The position numbers and the translations under genes are program-made. The notes under the pieces were generated by a model. The model did no database searches. It saw only the letters and a program-made list of their open reading frames with translations, and was not told the DNA's origin. Shown here one piece after another: positions 39,702 through 49,553 of a stretch of DNA of 64,000 nucleotides (position 1 is the stretch's first letter; each line of letters opens with the position of its first letter). The DNA is from an uncultured Candidatus Actinomarina sp. (lineage in GTDB: Bacteria > Actinomycetota > Acidimicrobiia > Actinomarinales > Actinomarinaceae): the NCBI GenBank assembly GCA_902578135.1, contig CACHBU010000001.1, forward strand, positions 125,286 through 189,285, in the 5' to 3' direction.

Positions 39702-40382
39702 TTGGAAAATTTTAAAAACAAATTCATAGAGATTAAAGATGAAATTAAAAATCTCAATCCTAACAATGAATCAGTTACAGATTCAATAATTGCGCCAATA
39801 TTTTTTGTTATAAGTGCTAATTTTTTAGAATTGAATCAAGCGATATACAGTACAGCAGCATTATTATCTGCATTTCTTTTTTACAGGGTATTCAAAAAAC
39901 AAAATTTAAAATATGTATTTTATGGATTCATCGGATCTTTAATTGCTTTATTTCTTGCCAGAATACAAGGAAGTGCATCTGGATTTTTTCTGCCAGGAAT
40001 TATTAGAGATGGCGCAATAGCTTTTGTAGGAGTTGTGTCAATCATAGTAGGTAGGCCTTTTACAATATATAGTTCAAAAGCTTTTAGAAATTGGCCAAAA
40101 GAATGGTACTTGCATAAAAAAGTAAAGCCAGCATACACTTTGGTAGCTATTATCTGGACATTGTATCTTTTAATAAAGGCAGGTCTACAGATTTACTTTT
40201 ACAACACCCCAGAAATTCTTATAGTAATAAAGCTTGCAACTTCTAATCAAAGCACTCTAATTTTGTTAGTTGTTACATATATTGTAGGTCAAAAAAGACT
40301 ACAGAAATTAAATGGGCCAAGTGTGGAAGAATTCCTAAACAACACACCTGAGCCATGGACAAGTCAACAAAAAGGATTTTAA
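39702..40382 (+). CDS. hypothetical membrane protein (4-5 TM)
   Basis: 226 aa hydrophobic ORF; possibly a DUF3159-type actinobacterial family, unverified. Confidence 0.4.
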   Translation: MENFKNKFIEIKDEIKNLNPNNESVTDSIIAPIFFVISANFLELNQAIYSTAALLSAFLFYRVFKKQNLKYVFYGFIGSLIALFLARIQGSASGFFLPGIIRDGAIAFVGVVSIIVGRPFTIYSSKAFRNWPKEWYLHKKVKPAYTLVAIIWTLYLLIKAGLQIYFYNTPEILIVIKLATSNQSTLILLVVTYIVGQKRLQKLNGPSVEEFLNNTPEPWTSQQKGF

Positions 40383-40397
40383 GGTTATTATTAAATT

Positions 40398-41618
40398 ATG
40401 GATAATTTACTAAATTCAGATGCAACAACCGCCTTAATTCTATTAGGGATATTGATTGTTTCTTATGGAATTTTAAGATCTATTTTTTTTCCAGCTGTAA
40501 AAAAATTAGCAAATAGGACATCGACGTTTATTGATGATTTATTTCTTGATAAAAAATTTTTAAATAGGCTCTCCTATGTTGTAGTTTTTATCGTCTTCAA
40601 TATATTGACCGCAACGCCAGAATTTAGTATTGACCTATTTAGCAATGTTATTGTTTCAAGACTAATAGATGCTGCATTTGCACTATTAGTCGGATTGACG
40701 ATTTTAGAAGTCTTAAGCGTTTTCAATAAAATTTCTGAAAAAATTGATGTTTTAAAAGATAGACCAATAAAAGGTTATATACAAATTTTAAAAATTATTA
40801 TCTCTGCTTTTGTGGTGATTATTATTTTCGCAATTGTAACTGGACAGTCTGTAGCTTATTACATAAGTGGACTTGGCGCTCTTACAGCTGTTTTACTATT
40901 AGTTTTTCAAGATACAATTTTGTCATTTGTAGCTTCAGTTCAAATAGGTCAAAATGACATAATAAAAATTGGAGACTGGATTGAAGTTCCGGAATTTGGA
41001 GCAGATGGTGATGTAGTAGATATTGCTCTTCATACTGTAAAAGTTCAGAACTGGGATAAAACAATAACAACAATTCCGACATCAAAAATTGTAAACACTT
41101 CTGTTAAGAATTGGAGGGCAATGTCTGAGTATGGTGGAAGAAGAATTAAAAGATCTTTACTTATAGATATTTCAAGTATCAAATTTTTAACGGCCAAAGA
41201 AATTTCGGAATTAGAAAAATTAGCACCATTAAAGGATTACATATCTTTTAAAAATAACGAATTATCTGAATTTAATGCTTCTATTGAAAATCCTGATAAC
41301 AATATTGAAACTAGAAAATTGACGAATATAGGTACATACAGAGCTTATGTTGAAAGCTATTTGAAACAAAATTCAAACTTAAATACTGAAACTATGACTT
41401 TCCTTGTTAGGCAACTTCCATCCTCTCCAGAAGGTGTGCCATTAGAAATCTATACATTCACAAATACGACTGAGTGGGAGGCGTATGAAAAAATTCAGTC
41501 TGATATCTTTGATCACTTATTTGCTATTCTTCCAAAATTTGGCCTAAGAGTTTTTCAGAATGGACTGCTTGAAGCAGTAGCTGTTAAAAATTTACCCTTT
41601 AATCAGTTGGACGAATAA
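40398..41618 (+). CDS. mechanosensitive ion channel, MscS family
   Basis: TM region followed by DVVDIALHTVKVQNWDKTITTIPTSKIVN, the MscS beta-domain signature. Confidence 0.75.
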   Translation: MDNLLNSDATTALILLGILIVSYGILRSIFFPAVKKLANRTSTFIDDLFLDKKFLNRLSYVVVFIVFNILTATPEFSIDLFSNVIVSRLIDAAFALLVGLTILEVLSVFNKISEKIDVLKDRPIKGYIQILKIIISAFVVIIIFAIVTGQSVAYYISGLGALTAVLLLVFQDTILSFVASVQIGQNDIIKIGDWIEVPEFGADGDVVDIALHTVKVQNWDKTITTIPTSKIVNTSVKNWRAMSEYGGRRIKRSLLIDISSIKFLTAKEISELEKLAPLKDYISFKNNELSEFNASIENPDNNIETRKLTNIGTYRAYVESYLKQNSNLNTETMTFLVRQLPSSPEGVPLEIYTFTNTTEWEAYEKIQSDIFDHLFAILPKFGLRVFQNGLLEAVAVKNLPFNQLDE

Positions 41619-43092
41619 ATTTTTTACTAAAAACAATGACCCCAAATAATATAAAAATATAATTTAAATAACTTCCATATCTGCTGTAAGGTGTTTCTTT
41701 CTGTTTTGCCTCAAGTTTTTCAGTAAGTACTCCTGTTTCAAATAATTTAGTTTTAGCAATCACTTTTCCGTTATGATCTATAAATGCTGATTTACCAGTT
41801 ATAGCTGCATGTACAATCGGCCTCCCGTTTGAAATTGCGTTTGCCCTAGACATTAATATAAATTGATCTGACATGCCGCTTTCTCCATAACTTGCTTGGT
41901 TAGTAAGTATTACAACTAATTCTGCACCATCCTGAACACTATTCCTGATATATCTTTGGAACGATCCTTCAAATGAGATAACAGTTGAAATTTTCGTATT
42001 GTTTACCATAAATATTTTTTGACCATCACCCCTGATCATGTCACGTGGAACTAGTGCTAACGGAGGAATCCAGTCTAAATATTTTCTAAATGGAATATAC
42101 TCTCCAAAGGGCACCGGGTGCTGTTTTAAATATTGATCTATAATCTCACCATCTTTGTTTATAAAGACTCCATAATTTTCAAAATATTGATTTTGTATAG
42201 GTCTGTCTCCTCCTATTAAAAAATATGAATCTAGCCTCAAAGCTTCGTTAGCAATATCGTTTTGAACTCTACTATGTATTCCAGGGTCATTGTTAAATCC
42301 TGTTGAGCTCTCGGGCCAAACTACAAGGTCAAAATTTCCGTCAAGAGATTGTGTTTGAGTTAAATGGCTATCGTATATTTTTTGTCTTTCATTACTACAT
42401 CTATTTTTGGCACCAGGACATGGGCTGTTTCCTTGAATGATTGCGATGTTTAGTTCTGAAGCTCCTAATTGAGCATCATCGTAATCAGTATTAATAATTA
42501 CAAGACTGAAAACGTATATTGAAAAAACTACTAATGAAAATATCATATAATTTTTAAAATAATTTTTTTGTTTGTTTTTTGAAAAGACACCGAGTGCAAT
42601 TATTAAAGAAAAGGATTGTAGTAAAAGAGAAGATCCCGTTGGTCCAAAGCCTTCAAAAGATACACGAGCATCTAGCATGAACCAACTGTCTATAGGACCA
42701 ATTAATAAAACCGTTGAGGGAAAACCCCAAGGAAAACCGCCAAATGGAAAATATGCTCTAATCAAATCAAAAATTGCTATAGCTGACAACAATACATAGA
42801 AATTGTTATCAGATTTTGTATTTAGATAAGAAAACAGTTTTGCGAATATTCCATACATCAATCCCATTAAAATTGTTAATGGAATCCATGCTTCAAGTCC
42901 TATTGATTGAATTCCTAATAAAATTACACCATAGGTGACACTCCCAAATATAAACCCTGTTAAAAAAGATTTTTCATCCGATAACAACGAATAGTAAAAA
43001 AAATACAATGCTGGAAAAATTAAGAACCAAAAGTCAAAAGGAGGAAAGCTTAAAAAATATAGTACCCCTGCTAAGGATGCTCGTATTAACAT
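41599..43092 (-). CDS. lnt: apolipoprotein N-acyltransferase
   Basis: N-terminal polytopic domain + CN-hydrolase domain with LVVWPESS; 497 aa. Confidence 0.75.
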   Translation of the reverse strand: MLIRASLAGVLYFLSFPPFDFWFLIFPALYFFYYSLLSDEKSFLTGFIFGSVTYGVILLGIQSIGLEAWIPLTILMGLMYGIFAKLFSYLNTKSDNNFYVLLSAIAIFDLIRAYFPFGGFPWGFPSTVLLIGPIDSWFMLDARVSFEGFGPTGSSLLLQSFSLIIALGVFSKNKQKNYFKNYMIFSLVVFSIYVFSLVIINTDYDDAQLGASELNIAIIQGNSPCPGAKNRCSNERQKIYDSHLTQTQSLDGNFDLVVWPESSTGFNNDPGIHSRVQNDIANEALRLDSYFLIGGDRPIQNQYFENYGVFINKDGEIIDQYLKQHPVPFGEYIPFRKYLDWIPPLALVPRDMIRGDGQKIFMVNNTKISTVISFEGSFQRYIRNSVQDGAELVVILTNQASYGESGMSDQFILMSRANAISNGRPIVHAAITGKSAFIDHNGKVIAKTKLFETGVLTEKLEAKQKETPYSRYGSYLNYIFILFGVIVFSKKFIRPTD

Positions 43093-43129
43093 ATCTTTTT
43101 ATGTTAATAATTAGACCTCATGAAATAAA

Positions 43130-43864
43130 CTAATTTATATTTCTTAATATCACATATAAACCAGAAAAAATAGAAAAATAAGTCACTGACGCAGACAGAA
43201 AACTCTGAGAAACTTTAGAAAAAATTAAGCTTGATAGTCTAATTCCTAAAAAAACAAATGGAATATTGATCAATAATAAATAAATGTGATCAATGTAGAT
43301 TCTTCCAGTAAAGGCAAGCAAAGACAAAGTGATTAGTATTCCAATTATAAAAACACTATTTAATGATGGTCTGAATTCGTCTGGATCGGCATCTCGATAC
43401 AGAAGAGCAATTGGAGGGCCTCCTATTGCGGCAATCATTCCAAAAATTCCAGAAAATGTACCTGCAATGAAAGAATTGGTTTTGTTTCTTTTAATTACCC
43501 ATCCAAAAAAAGAAGCTATTCCAGCTAAAAAAACTATTAAACCTACAGAAATAGAAAGATATTTTTCATTTAATATTGATAAAAACAACAAGCCGATTGG
43601 TCCCCCAACAAACCTGCCAGCAACTAAAGGTTTTACTGAACTTAAATCAACTTTATTTCTTTCTCTTATAAATACTCGAATTGCTAATGGTAAACCCAAT
43701 AGTGATAAGAGTTGAGGAACTAACAGTGCTTCAATTTGTACAACTATAGGTGATGCTATAACAGCAAATCCAAATCCTAGTATTCCTTGAACTGATGATC
43801 CTATAAAGATTAATAGAGCAATAAAGATTAATTCAAAAAGGGTTAGGTCAAAAGGTAGACTCAA
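43130..43864 (-). CDS. TSUP/TauE-SafE family membrane transporter
   Basis: 244 aa, 7-8 TM with the internal repeat typical of TauE; TTG start overlapping the selW-like stop (TTGA). Confidence 0.6.
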   Translation of the reverse strand: MSLPFDLTLFELIFIALLIFIGSSVQGILGFGFAVIASPIVVQIEALLVPQLLSLLGLPLAIRVFIRERNKVDLSSVKPLVAGRFVGGPIGLLFLSILNEKYLSISVGLIVFLAGIASFFGWVIKRNKTNSFIAGTFSGIFGMIAAIGGPPIALLYRDADPDEFRPSLNSVFIIGILITLSLLAFTGRIYIDHIYLLLINIPFVFLGIRLSSLIFSKVSQSFLSASVTYFSIFSGLYVILRNIN

Positions 43865-44097
43865 TCAAGCGCTTCTTCTATGAGCTTAAGAATCTCACCG
43901 TCCTCAGTATGTCTACCTAGTTCTTTTTTTGAAAATAATAAATTGTCATCTAGATGGAACTCAAATACTCCTCCACCACTTGGAATTAAATTAATCGAAG
44001 TTACTTTGTTTCCGTAAATTTCTAAGATGTCTTCTATCGTACTAACTGCACGAGGGGTGTAGTTTCAGACTACACAAAACTCTAATTTTATTTCCAT
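43861..44097 (-). CDS. selW: SelW/Rdx-family selenoprotein (CxxU), in-frame UGA at 44065-44067; not in ORF track
   Basis: Minus-strand translation MEIKLEFCVV-U-NYTPRAVSTIEDILEIYGNKVTSINLIPSGGGVFEFHLDDNLLFSKKELGRHTEDGEILKLIEEALD*; a single in-frame TGA at codon 11 inside the diagnostic Rdx CxxU motif; GG-VFE...LLFSKKELG matches the SelW core. Confidence 0.8.
44037..44075 (-). promoter_or_regulatory. candidate SECIS structures for selW-like gene
   Basis: Hairpin GUGUAGU-CUGAA-ACUACAC with the UGA in its loop (44057-44075), then a second hairpin UCGUG-CAGUUAG-UACGA starting ~12 nt after the UGA (44037-44053). Confidence 0.35.
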
Positions 44098-44133
44098 AAT
44101 TTAATAGTATCATAACTTAGATTAAGGAGGCTT

Positions 44134-46032
44134 ATGTTTAACTATTCTAAGGCAAACTTAGAGAGCTTGAATAATGATTTGGATAGCACTTTAGAAGAAT
44201 GTAAAAAATTAGTTGAAAACATAAAGTCATCAACAAACGTTAATTTAAATGATTTTAATGATTTAGAAAGTACAGTTTATGACGTTTCAGGAAGGGTTGC
44301 TTTTCTTGGAGATGTACACCCAGAAGAAAAGATTAGAGATTTTGGAAATGAAGCAGATTCTAAAATACAAAATTTTGCACTTGAACTATTTAATGATGAT
44401 GATCTTTACAAAAAATATAATGAAATTGATATTTCAGATGCAGATAAAGAGAGTATTGAGTTTCACAAAGATTTAGGTATAGATTTTAAAAATGCTGGTC
44501 ATGGTTTGTCAGATGAAAACAGAAATAGGTTAATAGAAATTGATAAAAGGCTTATAGAGCTTGGTATCGCTTTTTCAGAAAATATAGCAAAAGATAAAAC
44601 AGAGCTTAAATTTTCAGAGGTTGAATTACGCGGTTTAAGCAAAAATGAACTTAACAACTTAAAAAAAGATGAAGAAAAATTTATTATTACAATGGCATAT
44701 CCTGATGTAAATGCAATATCTGAGAACTGTAATGTCAGGAACACAAGAGAAATAGTTTGGAAAGCTTTTAATAATCGGGCTGTAGAAAATAATATTCCAA
44801 TCCTTAAAGAAGCTGTTTTGCTAAGAAATGAAAAATCTAAATTGTTTGGATTTGAAACATGGGCTGAATATAGATTGCAAAACAGAATGGCAAAAAATCC
44901 AAAAAATGTTGATGCTATGTATAAAGATTTAATTCCTAAGTTACAAAAAGCTGCTGAGAAAGAAAAAAAAGACCTTGTAATAGATGATATTGAAATTAAT
45001 GATATCTCACCATGGGATATTCGATACTTTATTTCATCAAAAAGAAGCAAAACTAGCAATATAGAAAATAGTGAACTAAAAAAATATTTTTTTATTCATG
45101 ATGTAAAAAATGAAATGTTCAAAGTTTGTGAAGAAGTTTTTGATTTAGAAATTAAGTCAGAATCAAATGAAACTGCGTGGCATGAAGATGTTGAACTTTG
45201 GTCTTTGTGGGAAAAAAATGGTGAGCAACTAGCTTACTTTTATTTAGACCTCTATCCAAGAGAAGGAAAGTTTACCCATGCAGCAGTATTTGATATTTCT
45301 TCTGGTGGTTCCGAAAGGCAAGAGCTACCAGTATGTTCAATGGTCGCAAATTTTCCAAATCCTAATACAGGAGATGGACTTATGACTTTTGATGAAGTTG
45401 AAACCTTGTTTCATGAATTTGGTCATGTCTTACATAATGGAATTGGTAAATCAAAATATACAAGGTTTGTGGGTGCAAATTGTGAGTGGGATTTTGTGGA
45501 AGCTCCTAGTCAGATTATGGAGCACTGGGTTTGGAAAGTAGAGTGCTTAAAAAGGATTTCAAAACATATTGAAACTTCAGAACCATTGTCTGAACAACTA
45601 TGTAAAAAGCTAAACGAATCAAAAAACATTGGAGTTAGTTTGTTGGCATTAAGGCAAGTATCTTTTGGACTTGCTGATCAACATATGCATGGTGAGAATT
45701 TCAATGATGACCTTTTACAAATCGAACAAGCTTCTCAGTTAGTAACTAATATCACCTACCCCAAAGATACAAATCATTTGGCAGCATTTGGTCATTTACT
45801 TGGTGGATATGATGCTGCTTACTATGGATACTTATGGGCAGAAATTATTGGTGATGACTTGTTCAGCAGATTTGAAAATGAAGGAGTGCTTTCAAATTCA
45901 GTAGGTGTTGATTACAAAAATAAGATTCTCAAGCCCGGAGGTACTATTCCTGCAGAAAATATGGTGCAAAGCTTCCTAGGTAGAAAGTGGGATGATGAAG
46001 CTTTTTTATTTCAAAAGAACTTGCTTATTTAA
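44134..46032 (+). CDS. M3 family metallopeptidase (oligopeptidase A / peptidyl-dipeptidase Dcp-like)
   Basis: HEFGHVLHN zinc motif, 632 aa, thimet-oligopeptidase-like architecture; AAGGAGG RBS. Confidence 0.8.
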   Translation: MFNYSKANLESLNNDLDSTLEECKKLVENIKSSTNVNLNDFNDLESTVYDVSGRVAFLGDVHPEEKIRDFGNEADSKIQNFALELFNDDDLYKKYNEIDISDADKESIEFHKDLGIDFKNAGHGLSDENRNRLIEIDKRLIELGIAFSENIAKDKTELKFSEVELRGLSKNELNNLKKDEEKFIITMAYPDVNAISENCNVRNTREIVWKAFNNRAVENNIPILKEAVLLRNEKSKLFGFETWAEYRLQNRMAKNPKNVDAMYKDLIPKLQKAAEKEKKDLVIDDIEINDISPWDIRYFISSKRSKTSNIENSELKKYFFIHDVKNEMFKVCEEVFDLEIKSESNETAWHEDVELWSLWEKNGEQLAYFYLDLYPREGKFTHAAVFDISSGGSERQELPVCSMVANFPNPNTGDGLMTFDEVETLFHEFGHVLHNGIGKSKYTRFVGANCEWDFVEAPSQIMEHWVWKVECLKRISKHIETSEPLSEQLCKKLNESKNIGVSLLALRQVSFGLADQHMHGENFNDDLLQIEQASQLVTNITYPKDTNHLAAFGHLLGGYDAAYYGYLWAEIIGDDLFSRFENEGVLSNSVGVDYKNKILKPGGTIPAENMVQSFLGRKWDDEAFLFQKNLLI

Positions 46033-46061
46033 AATTGTATTCTAAAATATTTATGTTAAGC

Positions 46062-46079
46062 TTGTGAATATATTCACAA
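46062..46079. promoter_or_regulatory. perfect 18-bp palindrome TTGTGAATATATTCACAA = CRP/GlxR-type TGTGA-N6-TCACA site
   Basis: Read directly; centre ~28 bp upstream of the 46098 start codon. Confidence 0.5.
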
Positions 46080-46097
46080 AGTATATAAAGGAATGAA

Positions 46098-46292
46098 ATG
46101 ACAGACGGATTAAAAGCGAGTCAAATAAAGGGCGGAATTAGGCCATCAAAGAGTTTTGACCAGGGCAGAGTGTGCAAAGATGAATCTTGTAGTACTCAAT
46201 TAAGTATTTATAACAAAAGAGATCACTGCTTCAATCATGCTCCTGTGAAATATCCTAGAGTTAGAGGCAGAATTCTACAAGAAACTGCTTAA
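46098..46292 (+). CDS. small Cys3His protein, paralog B (unknown function), upstream of copZ-copA
   Basis: 64 aa; aligns along its full length with paralog A (GRVC, YNK, CF-HAP, YPRVRG blocks). Confidence 0.6.
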   Translation: MTDGLKASQIKGGIRPSKSFDQGRVCKDESCSTQLSIYNKRDHCFNHAPVKYPRVRGRILQETA

Positions 46293-46311
46293 ATTTTAAA
46301 GACCCCCTAAC

Positions 46312-46367
46312 GAAATCTCCCCCAAGAGATTTCTTATAAGCCCCTAAGAAATTAGGGGCTTATTTAT
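46312..46367 (+). terminator. two tandem hairpins after paralog B; the second is a rho-independent terminator
   Basis: GAAATCTC-CCCCAA-GAGATTTC (46312-46333), then AAGCCCCTAA-GAAA-TTAGGGGCTT followed by ATTTAT (46338-46367). Confidence 0.6.
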
Positions 46368-46386
46368 AGCCCGCCGAGTATTAATA

Positions 46387-46605
46387 TTGATAATTATGAA
46401 TGTTTTATTTACAGTTCCTGAAATCAGTTGTGGTCATTGTAAGGATACGATTGAATCTACATTAAATAATGTTGAATCAATAGAAAGCGTTTCAGTTGAT
46501 ATTGAGAAAAAATCAGTTGAAGTTATCTCATCTTCTGATTTAGACATGATGAATGTTTCTCAACTGTTAGATGAACAAGGCTACACAGTTGTCCAGTCAG
46601 AATAA
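46387..46605 (+). CDS. copZ: copper chaperone CopZ-like (HMA domain)
   Basis: 72 aa ferredoxin-like HMA fold with an N-terminal CGHC metal-binding pair. Confidence 0.65.
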   Translation: MIIMNVLFTVPEISCGHCKDTIESTLNNVESIESVSVDIEKKSVEVISSSDLDMMNVSQLLDEQGYTVVQSE

Positions 46606-48661
46606 TACTTTAAATTTAGACATCGAAGGCATGACATGTGCTGCATGTGCTGCACGGATAGAACGAGTAATTTCAAAACAAGAAGATGTCTTAGACGTAT
46701 CTGTAAGCTTTCCTTTAAAGTCTGCAATTGTTGACATTAAAAATAATGACGAATTTGATGTTGATAATTTAATTAAAAAAGTAAACACTATTGGCTATAA
46801 GGCAAAAGAAGCAGACAGCCTTAGTTCAGGAAGTAAAGTTAGATTTAAATTTTTAATACCTTTATTTTCATTGTTTCTTACTTACATTCTCAGATTTACA
46901 TTTGAGGCTGGGCTAGATATCTTATCTTATGCAATAGGCACTTTTGTTATCTTGATACTTGGTAGAAATTTTCATATTTCTTCTTTTAAAAAAATTAAGT
47001 TTCTTGATTTTAATATGGATACTCTAATTTCAATCGGTAGCTTGAGTGCGCTTATTATTTCATTGTTACCAAGCACTGTTCTTAGCTCTGATTTATCAAT
47101 CACAAATAATAAAATGTTCCTAGATACCGGAGCTTTCATAGTTTCATTTATCTTAATTGGTAAAGCAATAGAAGATAAGGTTATAGAGGAATCCGTAAAT
47201 GAATCTGAATCAATAAAAAGCAGAATGCCTAAAACCTTAATTGTGGAAAGAGGTGGGGAGCATCTTGAAGTACCTATTAAAGAGGTTACAATTGGTGATT
47301 TATTCAAAGTAAGCCCCGGAGAGATTATTCCTGTTGATGGTGTTGTTTTAGAAGGTTCAACGACTGTTGATGAAAGTTTATTAACTGGAGAGTCAATTCC
47401 TCTAGTTAAAAATCCTGGGGACTTAGTTGTAGGTGGAAGTATAAATTTAGATGGTGCATTAAAGATCTCTGTCCAAGAGTCTTATCAAAAATCTACCTAC
47501 AACATAATTGAAGAATTAATTAGAACGGCTCAAGCAACTAAACCAGAGATTCAAAAATCATTGGACAAAGTAACTCAATACTTCGTTCCAGTTGTTCTTT
47601 TTATTAGTCTTCTAACTTTCCTGTTTAGACTCTTTATAAGCGATTTCACATTATTAGATGCCTTAAAAAATTCAATAGCAGTTTTGGTGATTGCATGTCC
47701 TTGTGCATTAGGCTTAGCAACTCCAATAGTTTTGTTTAAGACTGCAACTCTCAGTAAAAAACAGGGATACTTATTCAAAAATTTTGATATTTTGCAAAAA
47801 TTTGGTGATATAAATACTCTTATTTTTGATAAAACAGGTACCCTTTCTTCTGGTATTTTTAAAATATCAAAGATCGACAATAATACATCTCTAACGGAAA
47901 ATACAATTTTACAAATTATTGCAAGTCTTGAAAGCTATTCTCAGCATCCGATTGCAAGAAGTATTGTTTATGAAGCAGAATTACGAGATTTGAAATTGCT
48001 TAAAGCTGATAATGTCAAGGAAGTTCCTGGCTTAGGGATACAAGGTATAGTTGATGAGAAAAAAGTTTTAATTGAAAAAAATGAAGACTCTAACGAGTCT
48101 TCAATCATTGTTAAAATTGACGAGCAAAAAATTGATCTCTACTTAGAAGAAGAGGTATCCGTATCGTCAAATTTCTTAAATATACTGAAAAATGAAAAAG
48201 AAATAATTATTCTCTCAGGAGATAAAGAAGTAAATGTTGAAAAGTTTGCTAAAAGTATTGGGGTGGACAAATATCATTCAAATAAATCTCCAGAAGAAAA
48301 GTTAGACTTTATTAAAAATAAACAACTAGAAGAAAAAGTTATTTATGTTGGAGATGGAGTAAATGATTCCCCTTCAATAAAACAAGCGGATATTGGTATA
48401 ACTACATCTAGTAGTAGTCAAATAGCACAAGTAGCTGGTGATATTTTAATTCACAAGGGCGGTTTAGATACAATTTCTGAAATTTTTAAATTATCAAAAA
48501 AATCTAAAAGTAGAATTTATCAAAATCTATTCCTTGCTTTTGTTTACAACACCTCAATGATTCCATTGGCTGTGTCTGGGGTAATTACTCCAAATTTAGC
48601 AGCTTTGGCCATGGCACTATCAAGCATTTCAGTAGTTTTGAATTCATCAAGAAAACTATAA
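46571..48661 (+). CDS. copA: copper-translocating P1B-type ATPase
   Basis: N-terminal HMA GMTCAACAARIE; TM CPC motif (IACPCALGLATP); DKTGTLS phosphorylation site; GDGVNDSP. Confidence 0.9.
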   Translation: MNKATQLSSQNNTLNLDIEGMTCAACAARIERVISKQEDVLDVSVSFPLKSAIVDIKNNDEFDVDNLIKKVNTIGYKAKEADSLSSGSKVRFKFLIPLFSLFLTYILRFTFEAGLDILSYAIGTFVILILGRNFHISSFKKIKFLDFNMDTLISIGSLSALIISLLPSTVLSSDLSITNNKMFLDTGAFIVSFILIGKAIEDKVIEESVNESESIKSRMPKTLIVERGGEHLEVPIKEVTIGDLFKVSPGEIIPVDGVVLEGSTTVDESLLTGESIPLVKNPGDLVVGGSINLDGALKISVQESYQKSTYNIIEELIRTAQATKPEIQKSLDKVTQYFVPVVLFISLLTFLFRLFISDFTLLDALKNSIAVLVIACPCALGLATPIVLFKTATLSKKQGYLFKNFDILQKFGDINTLIFDKTGTLSSGIFKISKIDNNTSLTENTILQIIASLESYSQHPIARSIVYEAELRDLKLLKADNVKEVPGLGIQGIVDEKKVLIEKNEDSNESSIIVKIDEQKIDLYLEEEVSVSSNFLNILKNEKEIIILSGDKEVNVEKFAKSIGVDKYHSNKSPEEKLDFIKNKQLEEKVIYVGDGVNDSPSIKQADIGITTSSSSQIAQVAGDILIHKGGLDTISEIFKLSKKSKSRIYQNLFLAFVYNTSMIPLAVSGVITPNLAALAMALSSISVVLNSSRKL

Positions 48662-48704
48662 AAATTTATATTAAATAAATCTATTAAAACATTAATCTTT
48701 CATT

Positions 48705-49553
48705 ATGGAAGATGTAGTTTGGTATAGAAAGCCACTTTTATCAGAACCTGTAGCAATACTTGCCTTTGAAGGGTGGAGTGATGCAGGCAATACAGCTACT
48801 GGATGTGTTGAAAATTTAAGCTGCACATATGACGTAGATCCTTTTGCTGAGCTAGATTCCGATTCTTACTATAACTATCAAATGAGAAGGCCAATTGTTG
48901 AGGTTAAAGACTTTGGTGAAAGAAACTTTCATTGGCCTCAAACTTCTTTCTATTCAATTGAGGATTACAAACTCAAAAGTGATCTAATTTTGGTATTCGG
49001 AGAAGAGCCATCAATGAGATGGAAAGAATATTCAAAAAATATAACAGAAACCCTTTTAGAGCTAGGTGTCAAAAAAGCTGTTACCTTAGGAGCTTTTTTT
49101 GGACAAGTAGCACATACTCTTCCTGTTCCAATTTTCGGCGTTAGTGGAGATCCTACATTTCACTCTCGCTTTAATGTTCTCAATCCTAATTACTCAGGAC
49201 CAACAGGCATAACAAGTGTTGTTGGACAATCTTTAAGAGATAATGGAATTGAGACTTCTGGTCTTTGGGCTGCTGTTCCGCATTACTTAAGTAGTGGTGG
49301 ATACCCTAAAGGAATGAGCGCACTTTTAAACAAAACTTCTGAGATATTAAAAATTGATATTGATGACTCTGGCATACAAAGTGAAGGTCAGCAGTTTGAA
49401 CTGAAAATAAGTAAAGCTATGGAGAACTCTCAAGACCTAGCTGACTATGTTTCTAAGCTTGAGGAAGCCGAAGTTAGTATTGAAGACAACTTCTCTGAAG
49501 ACAATTTAGTCCAGCAGATTGAAGACTTTTTAAATGAAGAGAGAGAACTCTAG
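48705..49553 (+). CDS. PAC2 (proteasome assembly chaperone 2-like) family protein
   Basis: The N-terminal AILAFEGWSDAGNTATG motif is characteristic of the actinobacterial PAC2 family. Confidence 0.65.
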   Translation: MEDVVWYRKPLLSEPVAILAFEGWSDAGNTATGCVENLSCTYDVDPFAELDSDSYYNYQMRRPIVEVKDFGERNFHWPQTSFYSIEDYKLKSDLILVFGEEPSMRWKEYSKNITETLLELGVKKAVTLGAFFGQVAHTLPVPIFGVSGDPTFHSRFNVLNPNYSGPTGITSVVGQSLRDNGIETSGLWAAVPHYLSSGGYPKGMSALLNKTSEILKIDIDDSGIQSEGQQFELKISKAMENSQDLADYVSKLEEAEVSIEDNFSEDNLVQQIEDFLNEEREL

